DNA of 64,000 bases from Kiritimatiellia bacterium (lineage in GTDB: Bacteria > Verrucomicrobiota > Kiritimatiellia > RFP12 > JAAYLN01), in the NCBI GenBank assembly GCA_045627605.1, contig JAZQOA010000019.1:124-64123 (forward strand). The letters run 5' to 3'. The notes beneath the pieces were generated by a model, which worked only from the letters and a program-made list of their open reading frames with translations, was not told where the DNA came from and did no database searches. Numbering within the stretch: position 1 is the stretch's first letter; each line of letters begins with the position of its first letter. Positions 46,602 to 55,602 of the stretch are shown here, piece after piece. The position numbers and the translations under genes were made by a program.

Positions 46602-47177
46602 TTATTCCCGCATCTTCCAGAGCAACCAGGCGGAGAGGGTCTTGGCATCCGAGATCGTGCCGTCGAGCATCGCCTTTTCCACGGCGTCTTCCGTGAAGAG
46701 CAGCGTTTCGACGTTTTCGTCCGGGTCGAAGTCCGTGTCGCCGGGCTTGTCTTCGACCTCGGCGAAGAAGAGGTGCAGCTGCTCCTCGGAATAGCCCGGG
46801 CAGGCGTAGATCGAACCCAGCGGCAGAAGTTGCTTCACGAGGTAGCCGCTTTCCTCGCGCAATTCGCGGTGCGCGGCCACGTCGGGCACCTCGCCTTCCT
46901 CCATGCAGCCCGCGGGAATTTCGATGTAGGCCTGCTCGATGCACTTGCGGTACTGGCGGGCGAAGACGAAGCGGCCATCCGGGCGTCGCGCCAGGATGGC
47001 GACCGCGCCGCGGTGGCGGACGCACTCCCTCACGGCCTTCCGGCCGTCGGGCAATTCGATGTCGATGATGTCCACGGTGATGGCGCGCCCCTTGAAGCCG
47101 TTTCTCACGCCCAGCGTCTTTTCGTGCAGGGGGGAGTTGGCCCCGCGCATCGCCTCGGTCCTGTTGTCTGCTTGCAT
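46602..47177 (-). CDS. NUDIX hydrolase (ADP-ribose pyrophosphatase-like)
   Basis: 191 aa. Nudix box GCMEEGEVPDVAAHRELREESGY. Confidence 0.8.
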   Translation of the reverse strand: MQADNRTEAMRGANSPLHEKTLGVRNGFKGRAITVDIIDIELPDGRKAVRECVRHRGAVAILARRPDGRFVFARQYRKCIEQAYIEIPAGCMEEGEVPDVAAHRELREESGYLVKQLLPLGSIYACPGYSEEQLHLFFAEVEDKPGDTDFDPDENVETLLFTEDAVEKAMLDGTISDAKTLSAWLLWKMRE

Positions 47178-47292
47178 AAACCTTGTCCTTTAGGTAAACT
47201 AATAAGGTTAGTCTTTTGCGCAAGTGTGATTTTAGCATAATTCCCGCCTTCGCGCCAACGACTGTCACACAAGAACCAGACAAGGAACAGCC

Positions 47293-47856
47293 ATGTATAC
47301 TTCATCCGACCTCCGCAAAGGCCTCAAGATCATGATCGACGGCCAGCCCTGGATCATCACCGAATTTGACTTCTCCAAGCCGGGGAAGGGCCAGGCGATC
47401 TACAACTGCAAGCTGAAGAACATGCTCAACGGCTCCACGATGAGCCGCAGCTACCGCAGCGGCGACCGCTTTGACAAGCCCGAGCTCGAGAATGTCATCG
47501 TCCACTTCTCCTACGAGGACGGCGGGGTCTATGTCTTCACCGACGAGAACTACGAGGAGGTGCGCGTCACCACCGACACGCTCGGCGACAGCCGCTTCTT
47601 CCTGATGGACGACATGGAGTGCGAGGCGCTCCTCTTCCAGGGCACGGTCATCGAAGTGACGCTTCCGAACTTCGTCGAGCGCAAGGTCGTGAAGTGCGAC
47701 CCCGGCGTGAGGGGCAACACCGCCAGCGGCAAAGTCACCAAGCCCGCCACCCTTGAGGGCGGCTACGAGCTTCCCGTCCCGCTCTTCGTGACCGAGGGCG
47801 ATGTCATCCGCATCGACACCCGCACGGGTGAATACACCGACCGCGTGAAGTCCTAA
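47293..47856 (+). CDS. efp: elongation factor P
   Basis: 187 aa. DLRKGLKIMIDGQPWIITEFDFSKPGKGQAIYNCKLKN. Confidence 0.95.
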   Translation: MYTSSDLRKGLKIMIDGQPWIITEFDFSKPGKGQAIYNCKLKNMLNGSTMSRSYRSGDRFDKPELENVIVHFSYEDGGVYVFTDENYEEVRVTTDTLGDSRFFLMDDMECEALLFQGTVIEVTLPNFVERKVVKCDPGVRGNTASGKVTKPATLEGGYELPVPLFVTEGDVIRIDTRTGEYTDRVKS

Positions 47857-47874
47857 GGCACGGGACTCATCCAG

Positions 47875-49407
47875 ATGCTCGCGAAGGTTTGCTCGGGAGC
47901 TGTCTTGGGCGTCGACGCCTACCCCGTCGAGATTGAAGTCAATTCGGGGTCGGGCGAAATCAACGTTGTCATCGTCGGCCTTCCCGACGCGGCCGTGCGC
48001 GAAAGCAAGGACCGCGTCTGGACGGCGATTTCAAACAGCGGCTTCGAGCCGCCAATGGGGCGGACGACCATCAACCTCGCCCCGGCCGATACGAAGAAGG
48101 AGGGCCCGAGCTTCGACCTCCCGATTGCGATTGGCGTCCTGCAGGCGGCGGAGGCCCTGCCCGTCCCCGCCTATTCGTTCGCGATGATCGGTGAACTGGC
48201 GCTTTCGGGCGAGGTCCGCCGGGTGAGGGGCGTCCTGCCGATCGCCATCGCGATGCGCGACGCCGGCATTTCACGCATTCTCGTCCCCGCCGGCAACGCC
48301 GAGGAGGCGGCTGTCGTGGACGGCATTGACGTGATTCCCGTCGCGTCGCTTTCCGAGGCGGCGGCCTACATCGCCGGCACCTGTCCGGTCGCGCCGCTGA
48401 AGCTTGGCCTTTCCGATGTCGCGGCGGAGAACCCCGCCGACGTCGGCGACTTCATCGACGTCCGCGGCCAGGAGAGCGCCAAGCGCGCCATTGAAGTCGC
48501 GGTTGCCGGCGGCCACAACATCCTGATGATCGGGCCGCCCGGCACCGGCAAGACGATGCTGGCCCGCCGGCTGTCGTCGATTCTCCCGGCGATGACGCTT
48601 GAGGAGTCCCTTGAGACGACGCGGATCCATTCCATTGCCGGGACGCTCGGCCCGCATCAGTCGCTCGTCGTCTCGCGGCCATTTCGCGCGCCGCACCATA
48701 CGATTTCCGACGCCGGGCTTCTGGGCGGCGGCACGCATCCGATGCCGGGCGAGGTAAGCCTCGCGCACAACGGCGTCCTTTTCCTCGACGAACTCCCCGA
48801 GTTCCACCGCAATGTGCTCGAAGTCATGCGCCAGCCGCTTGAAGACGGCTTTGTGACGATTTCACGCGCCGCGGGGTCCGTGACCTTCCCCTCGCGCTTC
48901 ATCCTCGTCGCGGCGATGAACCCGTGTCCCTGCGGCTATTACGGCGACCCGCGGCGCAACTGCAACTGCGGCGCGGCGCGCGTCCAGCAATACCGCAACA
49001 AAATCTCCGGCCCGCTCCTCGACCGCATCGACCTCCACGTCAACGTCTCGGCGGTGGGCTACGGCGACCTTCGGCAGTCCGCCCCGACGGGCAAGGACTC
49101 CGCCACGATGCGCGCCGAGGCGCAGCGCGCCCGCGCCATCCAGCAGGAACGGTTCCGCGCCGCAGGTCTTTCGATCGCCTGCAACGCCGCCATGGGCGCG
49201 CGGGAAATCAACCGGTTCTGCACGCTTTCAGGCTCGGCCGAGGCGATGCTGCAAAGCGCCATGACGGCGTTTTCGCTGAGCGCCCGCGCCTATTCGCGCA
49301 TCGTCAAGGTCGCCCGTACTATCGCCGACCTTGAAGGCGCCGCCGAAATCGGCGAACTCCACGTCGCCGAGGCGATCCAGTACCGCCAGCTCGACCGCGG
49401 AATGTAG
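47875..49407 (+). CDS. comM: YifB/ComM-family Mg-chelatase-like AAA+ ATPase
   Basis: 510 aa. Lon-like N-terminal domain, Walker A GPPGTGKTM, Walker B LFLDELPEF, C-terminal Mg-chelatase domain. Confidence 0.9.
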   Translation: MLAKVCSGAVLGVDAYPVEIEVNSGSGEINVVIVGLPDAAVRESKDRVWTAISNSGFEPPMGRTTINLAPADTKKEGPSFDLPIAIGVLQAAEALPVPAYSFAMIGELALSGEVRRVRGVLPIAIAMRDAGISRILVPAGNAEEAAVVDGIDVIPVASLSEAAAYIAGTCPVAPLKLGLSDVAAENPADVGDFIDVRGQESAKRAIEVAVAGGHNILMIGPPGTGKTMLARRLSSILPAMTLEESLETTRIHSIAGTLGPHQSLVVSRPFRAPHHTISDAGLLGGGTHPMPGEVSLAHNGVLFLDELPEFHRNVLEVMRQPLEDGFVTISRAAGSVTFPSRFILVAAMNPCPCGYYGDPRRNCNCGAARVQQYRNKISGPLLDRIDLHVNVSAVGYGDLRQSAPTGKDSATMRAEAQRARAIQQERFRAAGLSIACNAAMGAREINRFCTLSGSAEAMLQSAMTAFSLSARAYSRIVKVARTIADLEGAAEIGELHVAEAIQYRQLDRGM

Positions 49408-49470
49408 GAGCGAATGGAGAGTTGCGAGTTTGCCCAACCTTCAACCTCCAACCTCAAATCTGTCGGCATT

Positions 49471-49479
49471 TGGTATAAT
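49471..49479 (+). promoter_or_regulatory. extended -10 element (TGGTATAAT) upstream of the purH-like gene
   Basis: TGG TATAAT at 49471-49479, 28 nt before the ATG at 49507. No good -35. Confidence 0.35.
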
Positions 49480-49506
49480 TGAAACTTCAACTTTACGGAG
49501 GAACTT

Positions 49507-50772
49507 ATGGATCTCAAGGCAGCTTACAAGACGATTATGGACGACCACTTCACCCCGCGCATGGAGATTTCCTTCATCGACGGCGAGACGCGCCAGACCC
49601 TCGTCTACGAGAAGGTCTCGTGGGTGATTGACGGCGAGAAGAAGGGGCTTCGCTACGGCGAGAACCCCGGCCAGGAGGCGGCGGTTTACAAGCTTGTCAA
49701 CGGCAACCTCGCGTTGGGCGACGTCCGCTCGATCGATGCCGGGCAGATTCTCGCTTCCGACCCCGAACTGCTCCAGTCGGGCAAGCACCCCGGCAAGACC
49801 AACCTGACGGACGCCGACAACGCCCTCAACATCCTCCGCTACCTCACGGACGCCCCCTGCGCGGTAATCGTCAAGCACAACAACCCCTGCGGCGTCGCCA
49901 AGGGCGCGTCGCTTGCGGACGCCTACAACCGCGCCAACCGCGCCGACCGCCTCGCCGCCTTTGGCGGTTGCATCGCGCTCAACCGCGAATGCGACCTCGA
50001 CACCGCGCGCCTTATTTGCGAGAATTACGCCGAAGTCGTCGTCGCCCCCGAATTCGCCCCCGGCGTCATGGACCTCTTCGCCGAAAAGAAGAACCTCCGC
50101 GTCTTCCGCATCGGCAACATGAAGCGGCTCACCGACTTTGTCGCCAGGCGCGTCGTTGATTTCAAGTCGCTCATCGACGGCGGCATCGTCGCCCAGTGGT
50201 CGTTCGTCCCCGAGGCCCGCTCGCCCGAGAAGTTGATGCCCGCCGAGTGCGTCCGCAAGGATGGCACCGTCCACCGCATCAAGCGCCTTCCCACCGCGAA
50301 GGAATACGACGACCTCGTCTTCGGCTGGCTTGTCGAGGCGGGCGTCACCTCCAACTCGGTGCTCTACGTCAAGGACGGCGTCACGGTCGGCATCGGCACC
50401 GGCGAGCAGGATCGCGTCGGCGTCGCCGAAATCGCGCGCGACAAGGCCTACCGCAAGCTTGCCGACCTGATTTCGTGGGACAAGTATGCGACGCCCTACA
50501 ACGACCTCGTTCTCAAGTTCGGCGACGACGGCGCGAAGAAGCGCGCCGAAATCGACGAAGAAGTCGCCGCGCGCAAGGGTGGGCTCCCCGGCTGCGCAAT
50601 GGTCTCCGACGCCTTCTTCCCCTTCCGCGACGGTGCCGAAGTCGGCATCCGCGGGGGCATCACCTCGATCGTCCAGCCAGGCGGCGCCTTGCGCGACTGG
50701 GATGTCATCGACTGCTGCAACGATGCGGGCGTGGCGATGGTCTTCACGGGGCAGCGCTCCTTCAGGCACTAA
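49507..50772 (+). CDS. AICAR transformylase-domain protein (PurH C-terminal-like, lacking the MGS/IMP cyclohydrolase domain)
   Basis: 421 aa. LRYGENPGQEAAVY (compare RYGENPHQ of PurH), VIVKHNNPCGVA, GGCIALN, EVVVAPEF, SNSVLYVKDG..VGIGTGEQDRV, SDAFFPFRDG. Confidence 0.75.
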   Translation: MDLKAAYKTIMDDHFTPRMEISFIDGETRQTLVYEKVSWVIDGEKKGLRYGENPGQEAAVYKLVNGNLALGDVRSIDAGQILASDPELLQSGKHPGKTNLTDADNALNILRYLTDAPCAVIVKHNNPCGVAKGASLADAYNRANRADRLAAFGGCIALNRECDLDTARLICENYAEVVVAPEFAPGVMDLFAEKKNLRVFRIGNMKRLTDFVARRVVDFKSLIDGGIVAQWSFVPEARSPEKLMPAECVRKDGTVHRIKRLPTAKEYDDLVFGWLVEAGVTSNSVLYVKDGVTVGIGTGEQDRVGVAEIARDKAYRKLADLISWDKYATPYNDLVLKFGDDGAKKRAEIDEEVAARKGGLPGCAMVSDAFFPFRDGAEVGIRGGITSIVQPGGALRDWDVIDCCNDAGVAMVFTGQRSFRH

Positions 50773-50800
50773 AATTCCGCACCAAAAGACGCGGGACGGC

Positions 50801-50834
50801 AAAGGGGCGCGATGTTTTCCATCGCGCCCCTTTT
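50801..50834 (+). terminator. rho-independent terminator after the purH-like gene
   Basis: 14-bp stem AAAGGGGCGCGATG (50801-50814) / CATCGCGCCCCTTT (50820-50833), loop TTTTC, T-rich tail. Confidence 0.7.
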
Positions 50835-51350
50835 GGGTAGAATGACTTTGTTCCTTTTTCCTCGCATTGGCGCGGGGAAAGCCGCGGTAACGCAGGATGT
50901 TCTTTCAAGACGGCGGATGCACATCGGACCGGGAAAAAAAGGAGACAGGGAAACCCACCCGGGGCCCAGTAAACATACGCAACACGTTGCGCATTAGTTG
51001 AGTTGTAAAATATCGATGAAAAAACAATTTGCATGAAATAAACATGAAAGTGAATGTGCAAATCCAAATATTGCAAAAGGTGAGAAAGTGTGGATGTTCT
51101 TCCAGTTATCATCCCAGCGTAAGATAGAGGGACAGTCCCCTTGTTGCAAAGCCTCACAATATTGTAAATTAAGCAAATTTAATCATGGTTGACTTTTTGG
51201 GGGTGATGCAATTGCCGGCACATGTCCGGGGACCTTTCGAACGACTCCTTGCGTAAAATGACGAGATTTGTAAAAATAAGTGCGTTGTCCGAATCGTTCC
51301 CTGTCGGCCGGGGGAGTGCAATTACTTTTCCAGAGGAAAGAGGTTTGACC

Positions 51351-54300
51351 ATGGATTCGCTCAAGTTTTTGCCCTGCGCCATTGCCGGTGCAGTTGCGAT
51401 TGCCCTTTCGGGTGTCTGCCAGGATTCGCCTGGGCTGGCGAGTTCGTCCCGCGGCGGGGACGAGCTGAGGAATTTGTCGGCGGCGATGGTCCCTATCCCC
51501 GGCAAGGACTACAGCCTGTGCAAATACGAGGTGACGCGGGGGTTGTGGGCGGTCGTGATGGGCGGCGATTCGCCCGACGCCGGCGAAGCGGAGAAGCCCG
51601 TCTACCAGGTCTCCTGGTTCGACTGTCAGAAGTTTTTGGAAAAGTTGAATGCGCTGGATCCGGGGCATGGCTATCGATTGCCGACGCTGAACGAGTGGGA
51701 ACACGCCTGTCGCGCGGGAGGCAAGGGGGCATGCGGGAAATTGGCCGACGGGCGCGAGGCGGTCGTTGACGAGGTGGCCTGGTATGTCGGGAATGCTTCC
51801 GGCCGGGTGCAGAGGGTCGGGCAGAAGCTGCCGAATGCCTTTGGCCTCTACGACATGCTCGGCAACGCGAGTGAATGGGTGTCGACGGACGTCTGCGGCG
51901 ACAGGTACTATCTTGGCGGGGAGAGCTGTAACCCGGCCGAATGGATGAGGTGGCGTGGCCGGAGTTGGTGCCATCCCTCGCACAGGAGCTGCGGGTTGCG
52001 CGTTTGCGCCGGCCTGTCGGCCGCGCAACGGGAGGCTGCGGGGAAAAAGGCCGCCGAGATGCGGGCCGAGGCGTTGCGGGAGCTACCGTCGACGATGGTG
52101 CCGATCCCCGGCAGGAGCTACAGCCTTTGCAAGTACGAGGTGACGCAGATCCTCTGGGAGGCCGTGATGGGCGGCAAGCCGTTGGCCTATGTGGGCGACG
52201 ACCTGCCCGTGAGCGATGTCTCGTGGGACGATTGCCAGCAGTTCCTGGCGAAGTTGAACGAACGATGCCCTGGCCACGACTACCGCCTCCCGACCGAGGA
52301 GGAGTGGGAACACGCCTGCCGTGCGGGAAGCACGGGGAAGTTCGGTAATCTCGCCGATGGGCGCGAGGGAAAGCTCAAGGAGCTGGGGTGGTATCATGAC
52401 AGTCCATACGGCACCCCTGACGTCTACCCCGTGGGGGCGAAAAAGCCCAATGCCTTCGGTCTCTACGACATGCACGGCAATGTGGCGGAATGGACCTCCA
52501 CCCCGGTTGGAAGCGCGTGGGTCATTCGCGGCGGGGGATTGCGCAACGAGGCCGCCTGGTGCGAGGCGGGATGCCAAAATTTGGGCTACCACGATGTCCG
52601 CAGCCCAAATATCGGCTTCCGTCTCTGCGGCACGTTTTCCGCGGCGGAGCGCGAAGCGGCGTCCGCGATAACGGCTGCGGAACTGGAAAAGGCCGCTGCC
52701 GCCGAGGTGGATGCCAGAAGCGAGGCCGTGGAGTTACGGAAGACGGGCGACGCCATGCTGAAGAACTTGCAGAACCTCATGGTGCGGATTCCGGGTGGCG
52801 GCGTTTACATGTGCAAGTACGAGGTGACCCAGGGGGTGTGGGCTTCCGTGATGGGAACGGCACCTTCGTTCTTCAAGGGCGCCGACTTGCCGGTGGAAAA
52901 TGTCTCGTGGGACGACTGCCAGGAGTTTCTGGCGAAGTTGAATGAAATATCTCCCGGCCACGACTATCGTCTCCCGACAAGGAAGGAATGGGAATACGCC
53001 TGCCGCGCGGGAAGCGAGGGGTTGTACGGGAGGCTGGCGGACGGCCGCGAAGGAACATTAGGCGAGTTGGCGTGGTACTACTGGAATTCTGACTCGAAGA
53101 CCCATCCTGTCGGACAAAAGGCACCGAACGCCTTCGGTCTCTACGACATGCACGGCAACGTGGCGGAATGGACGTCGACGGCCACCAGGGAGCACAGGGA
53201 TTGCTGTGGCGGCGGTTTCAGTTTTTGGGATGCCGAGTGCGCATCGGACATGCGCCGTTCGCCACTTCGCGACACGCACGACAAGTGCTTTGGTTTCCGC
53301 ATCTGCTACAGTACCGCGTTGACCGAAGAGGAGCGGGAGGCACTCGAAAAGACCAGGGCGGAGGCCCGTGCGGCGGTTGAAAAAGCCATGGCGGAAGCAG
53401 TGGCGGCCTTGCCGTCGACGATGGTTCAAATTCCCGGCAAGGACTTCTGCCTGTGCAAATACGAGGTGACGCAGGCGTTGTGGGAGGCTGTGACGGGCGA
53501 AAACCCCGCGCGTTTCAAAGGTGTTGACAATCCGGTCAACAACGTTTCGTGGGATGATTGCCAGGCGTTTCTCGTGAAGCTGAATGAAATGTACCCTGGC
53601 CGCGATTTCCGCCTCCCGTCCGAGGAGGAGTGGGAGTACGCCTGCCGAGCGGGAAGCACGGGATGGTATGGCCTTGTGGCGGATGGCCGAGAAGGTGAGC
53701 TTGATAAAATAGCATGGTACAAAAGCAACAGCGGAGATAAGTCCCACCCCGTCGGGCAGAAGGAGCCGAACGCCTTCGGCCTCTACGACATGCACGGCAA
53801 CGTGAGCGAGTGGACGACGACTGTCAATGGCTACCAGATGGTTTATCGCGGTGGAAACGCGTTTCAGGGGAGGGCCTCCTGCCGGGTTGACTTTGTCAAC
53901 TCAGCGGGGCGGCGGTTCCGCTCCGACACTGTCGGGCTCCGCCTCTGCGGCAAGTCCATGCTGACCGACGAGGAGCGGGCCGCGATTGAGAAGGAAGAGG
54001 CGGAGGCCCGCGCGGCGCACGAGAACGTCCTGGCGGAAGCCCTGGTCACCCTGCCGTCGACGATGGTTCAAATCCCCGGGAAGGACTACTGCCTTTGCAA
54101 GTACGAGGTGACGCAGGCGCTCTGGGAGGCCGTGACGGGCGAAAATCCCGCGCGTTTCAAGGACGTTGACAATCCGGTCAACAACGTTTCGTGGATTGAT
54201 TGTCGGGACTTCCTCAAGAAGCTGAATGAAATGTGCCCCGGCCGCGATTACCGACTCCCAACCGAGGAGGAGTGGGAGTATGCCTGCCGAGCGGGAAGCA

Positions 54301-54611
54301 CGGGCAAATACGGTGCCCTCGCCGACGGGCGCGAAGGTACGCTTGATGAAATGGGATGGTACAACGACAATGCCAATAACCAAGTGCATGTCCCCGGGCT
54401 GAAAAAGCCCAATGCCTTTGGCCTTTACGACATGCACGGCAATGTCGGCGAGTGGACATCCACGCCCCAGGGGGATGATTGCATGGTCTGCCGAGGCGGT
54501 GACTTTGCGCACGGCGGAATCATTTGCATGGCCGGAGTTGACAAATTGTACGGGCTGGGGTACAGGAGCAACACGGTCGGGCTCCGTCTTTGCTGCAGGC
54601 CTGCGCCGTAG
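51351..54611 (+). CDS. secreted protein or lipoprotein composed of five tandem FGE-sulfatase (SUMF1-type) domains joined by Ala/Glu-rich helical linkers
   Basis: 1086 aa from ATG 51351. N-terminus MDSLKFLPCAIAGAVAIALSGVCQ. Each module carries MV.IPG...Y.(L/M)CKYEVTQ..W..V, VSW.DCQ.FL.KLN, (H/R)(D/G)(Y/F)RLP(T/S)..EWE(H/Y)ACRAG, NAFGLYDM(H/L)GN..EW, ..GG...., (I/V)G(F/L)R(L/I/V)C. Confidence 0.85.
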   Translation: MDSLKFLPCAIAGAVAIALSGVCQDSPGLASSSRGGDELRNLSAAMVPIPGKDYSLCKYEVTRGLWAVVMGGDSPDAGEAEKPVYQVSWFDCQKFLEKLNALDPGHGYRLPTLNEWEHACRAGGKGACGKLADGREAVVDEVAWYVGNASGRVQRVGQKLPNAFGLYDMLGNASEWVSTDVCGDRYYLGGESCNPAEWMRWRGRSWCHPSHRSCGLRVCAGLSAAQREAAGKKAAEMRAEALRELPSTMVPIPGRSYSLCKYEVTQILWEAVMGGKPLAYVGDDLPVSDVSWDDCQQFLAKLNERCPGHDYRLPTEEEWEHACRAGSTGKFGNLADGREGKLKELGWYHDSPYGTPDVYPVGAKKPNAFGLYDMHGNVAEWTSTPVGSAWVIRGGGLRNEAAWCEAGCQNLGYHDVRSPNIGFRLCGTFSAAEREAASAITAAELEKAAAAEVDARSEAVELRKTGDAMLKNLQNLMVRIPGGGVYMCKYEVTQGVWASVMGTAPSFFKGADLPVENVSWDDCQEFLAKLNEISPGHDYRLPTRKEWEYACRAGSEGLYGRLADGREGTLGELAWYYWNSDSKTHPVGQKAPNAFGLYDMHGNVAEWTSTATREHRDCCGGGFSFWDAECASDMRRSPLRDTHDKCFGFRICYSTALTEEEREALEKTRAEARAAVEKAMAEAVAALPSTMVQIPGKDFCLCKYEVTQALWEAVTGENPARFKGVDNPVNNVSWDDCQAFLVKLNEMYPGRDFRLPSEEEWEYACRAGSTGWYGLVADGREGELDKIAWYKSNSGDKSHPVGQKEPNAFGLYDMHGNVSEWTTTVNGYQMVYRGGNAFQGRASCRVDFVNSAGRRFRSDTVGLRLCGKSMLTDEERAAIEKEEAEARAAHENVLAEALVTLPSTMVQIPGKDYCLCKYEVTQALWEAVTGENPARFKDVDNPVNNVSWIDCRDFLKKLNEMCPGRDYRLPTEEEWEYACRAGSTGKYGALADGREGTLDEMGWYNDNANNQVHVPGLKKPNAFGLYDMHGNVGEWTSTPQGDDCMVCRGGDFAHGGIICMAGVDKLYGLGYRSNTVGLRLCCRPAP
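51486..54608 (+). repeat. five in-frame tandem coding repeats (module anchors at 51486, 52095, 52779, 53421, 54063)
   Basis: Anchor ATGGT(N)C(N)(N)AT(N)CC(N)GG recurs with spacings of 609, 684, 642 and 642 nt. Modules 4 and 5 are identical at roughly nine positions in ten in a hand alignment of about 260 nt (53411-53670 versus 54053-54312). Confidence 0.9.
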
Positions 54612-54635
54612 CCAACCTTCGTGTTCGTGCTTTTT

Positions 54636-54664
54636 TTGCCTCACGCGCGCTTTTAGAGTATAAT
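54636..54664 (+). promoter_or_regulatory. sigma70-like promoter of nifU-nifS
   Basis: TTGCCT (54636-54641), 17-nt spacer, TATAAT (54659-54664). Confidence 0.55.
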
Positions 54665-54752
54665 AATACGCTTCGGTTTCGTTTGAAAATGTCGTTTCCG
54701 GTGGGGCATCCGCGCCGGGCGGTGTTTGGCTTAATGGCTTATTCGAGGTTTT

Positions 54753-55601
54753 ATGTGGAATTACACTGACAAGGTCCTGGATCACTTTCGCAACCCCCGC
54801 AACGTCGGGAAGATCGAGAATCCCGACGGCACGGGAACCGTCGGCTCGCTCGCCTGCGGCGATTCGCTTACGCTGACTTTCAAGCTCGACGGGAACGGAC
54901 GCATCGCGGACGTCAAATTCCAGACTTTCGGCTGCGCCTCGGCCATAGCGTCGTCGTCGGCGCTTACGGAGCTTGTGAAGGGCAAGACGCTTGAGGAGGC
55001 GGAGAAGATCACCAACAAGGAGATCGCCGACTACCTGGGCGGCCTCCCCGAGCAGAAGATGCATTGCTCCGTCATGGGCCGCGAGGCGCTTGAGGCGGCG
55101 ATTCACAATTACCGCACCGGCGAGACGGTTGTCCGCGACCTCAAGGAGGAGAAGATCGTCTGCAAGTGCTTTGGCGTCTCCGAGGAGGAAATCGTCCGCG
55201 TCGCCACCGAGAACGGCCTGACGACCGTCGACCAGGTGACGCACTATTGCAAGGCGGGCGGCGCCTGCGGCCAGTGTCGCGGCGAGATCCAGGCGGTTCT
55301 CGACCGCCTCGCCGCGGAGCGCGCGAAGTCCGCCGCTCCCGCCGAGGCGCCGAGGAAACTCACGAATCTCCAGAAGATGAAGCTCGTCGAAGAGGTCATC
55401 GAGCGCGAAATCCGCCCGGCCCTCCGCCGCGACAGGGGCGACATCGACCTCATCGACATCGCCGGCGACAAGGTGACGATCGCCTTCCGCGGCATGTGCT
55501 CGGGCTGTCCGACGGCCGAGGTCACGCGCCGCGACTTCATCCAGGCCAAGCTCCGCGAGTTTGTCTCGCCCGAAATCGAAGTCGTCGAGGAGAAGGCGTA
55601 A
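54753..55601 (+). CDS. nifU: Fe-S cluster assembly scaffold NifU (three-domain type)
   Basis: 282 aa. IscU-like N-terminus (GSLACGD, FGCASAIASSSA, MHCSV), BFD-like 2Fe-2S centre (CKCFGV...CKAGGACGQC), C-terminal NifU domain (CSGCP). Confidence 0.9.
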   Translation: MWNYTDKVLDHFRNPRNVGKIENPDGTGTVGSLACGDSLTLTFKLDGNGRIADVKFQTFGCASAIASSSALTELVKGKTLEEAEKITNKEIADYLGGLPEQKMHCSVMGREALEAAIHNYRTGETVVRDLKEEKIVCKCFGVSEEEIVRVATENGLTTVDQVTHYCKAGGACGQCRGEIQAVLDRLAAERAKSAAPAEAPRKLTNLQKMKLVEEVIEREIRPALRRDRGDIDLIDIAGDKVTIAFRGMCSGCPTAEVTRRDFIQAKLREFVSPEIEVVEEKA

Positions 55602-55602
55602 A

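Noticed and set aside
49408-49506. ZTP (pfl) riboswitch upstream of the purH-like gene
   Set aside because: The spacer is only 99 nt, the likely -10 element is 28 nt from the ATG, and none of the conserved pfl-motif segments (for example GGGUCGUG or CCGCCUGGGC-like) are present.
51044-51127. 27-aa ORF (MKVNVQIQILQKVRKCGCSSSYHPSVR) and a 6-aa MKKQFA mini-ORF in the AT-rich gap, considered as a possible leader peptide or small protein
   Set aside because: Neither has a Shine-Dalgarno sequence upstream, and short ORFs are expected by chance in AT-rich DNA. They are mentioned only as something ribosome profiling could revisit.
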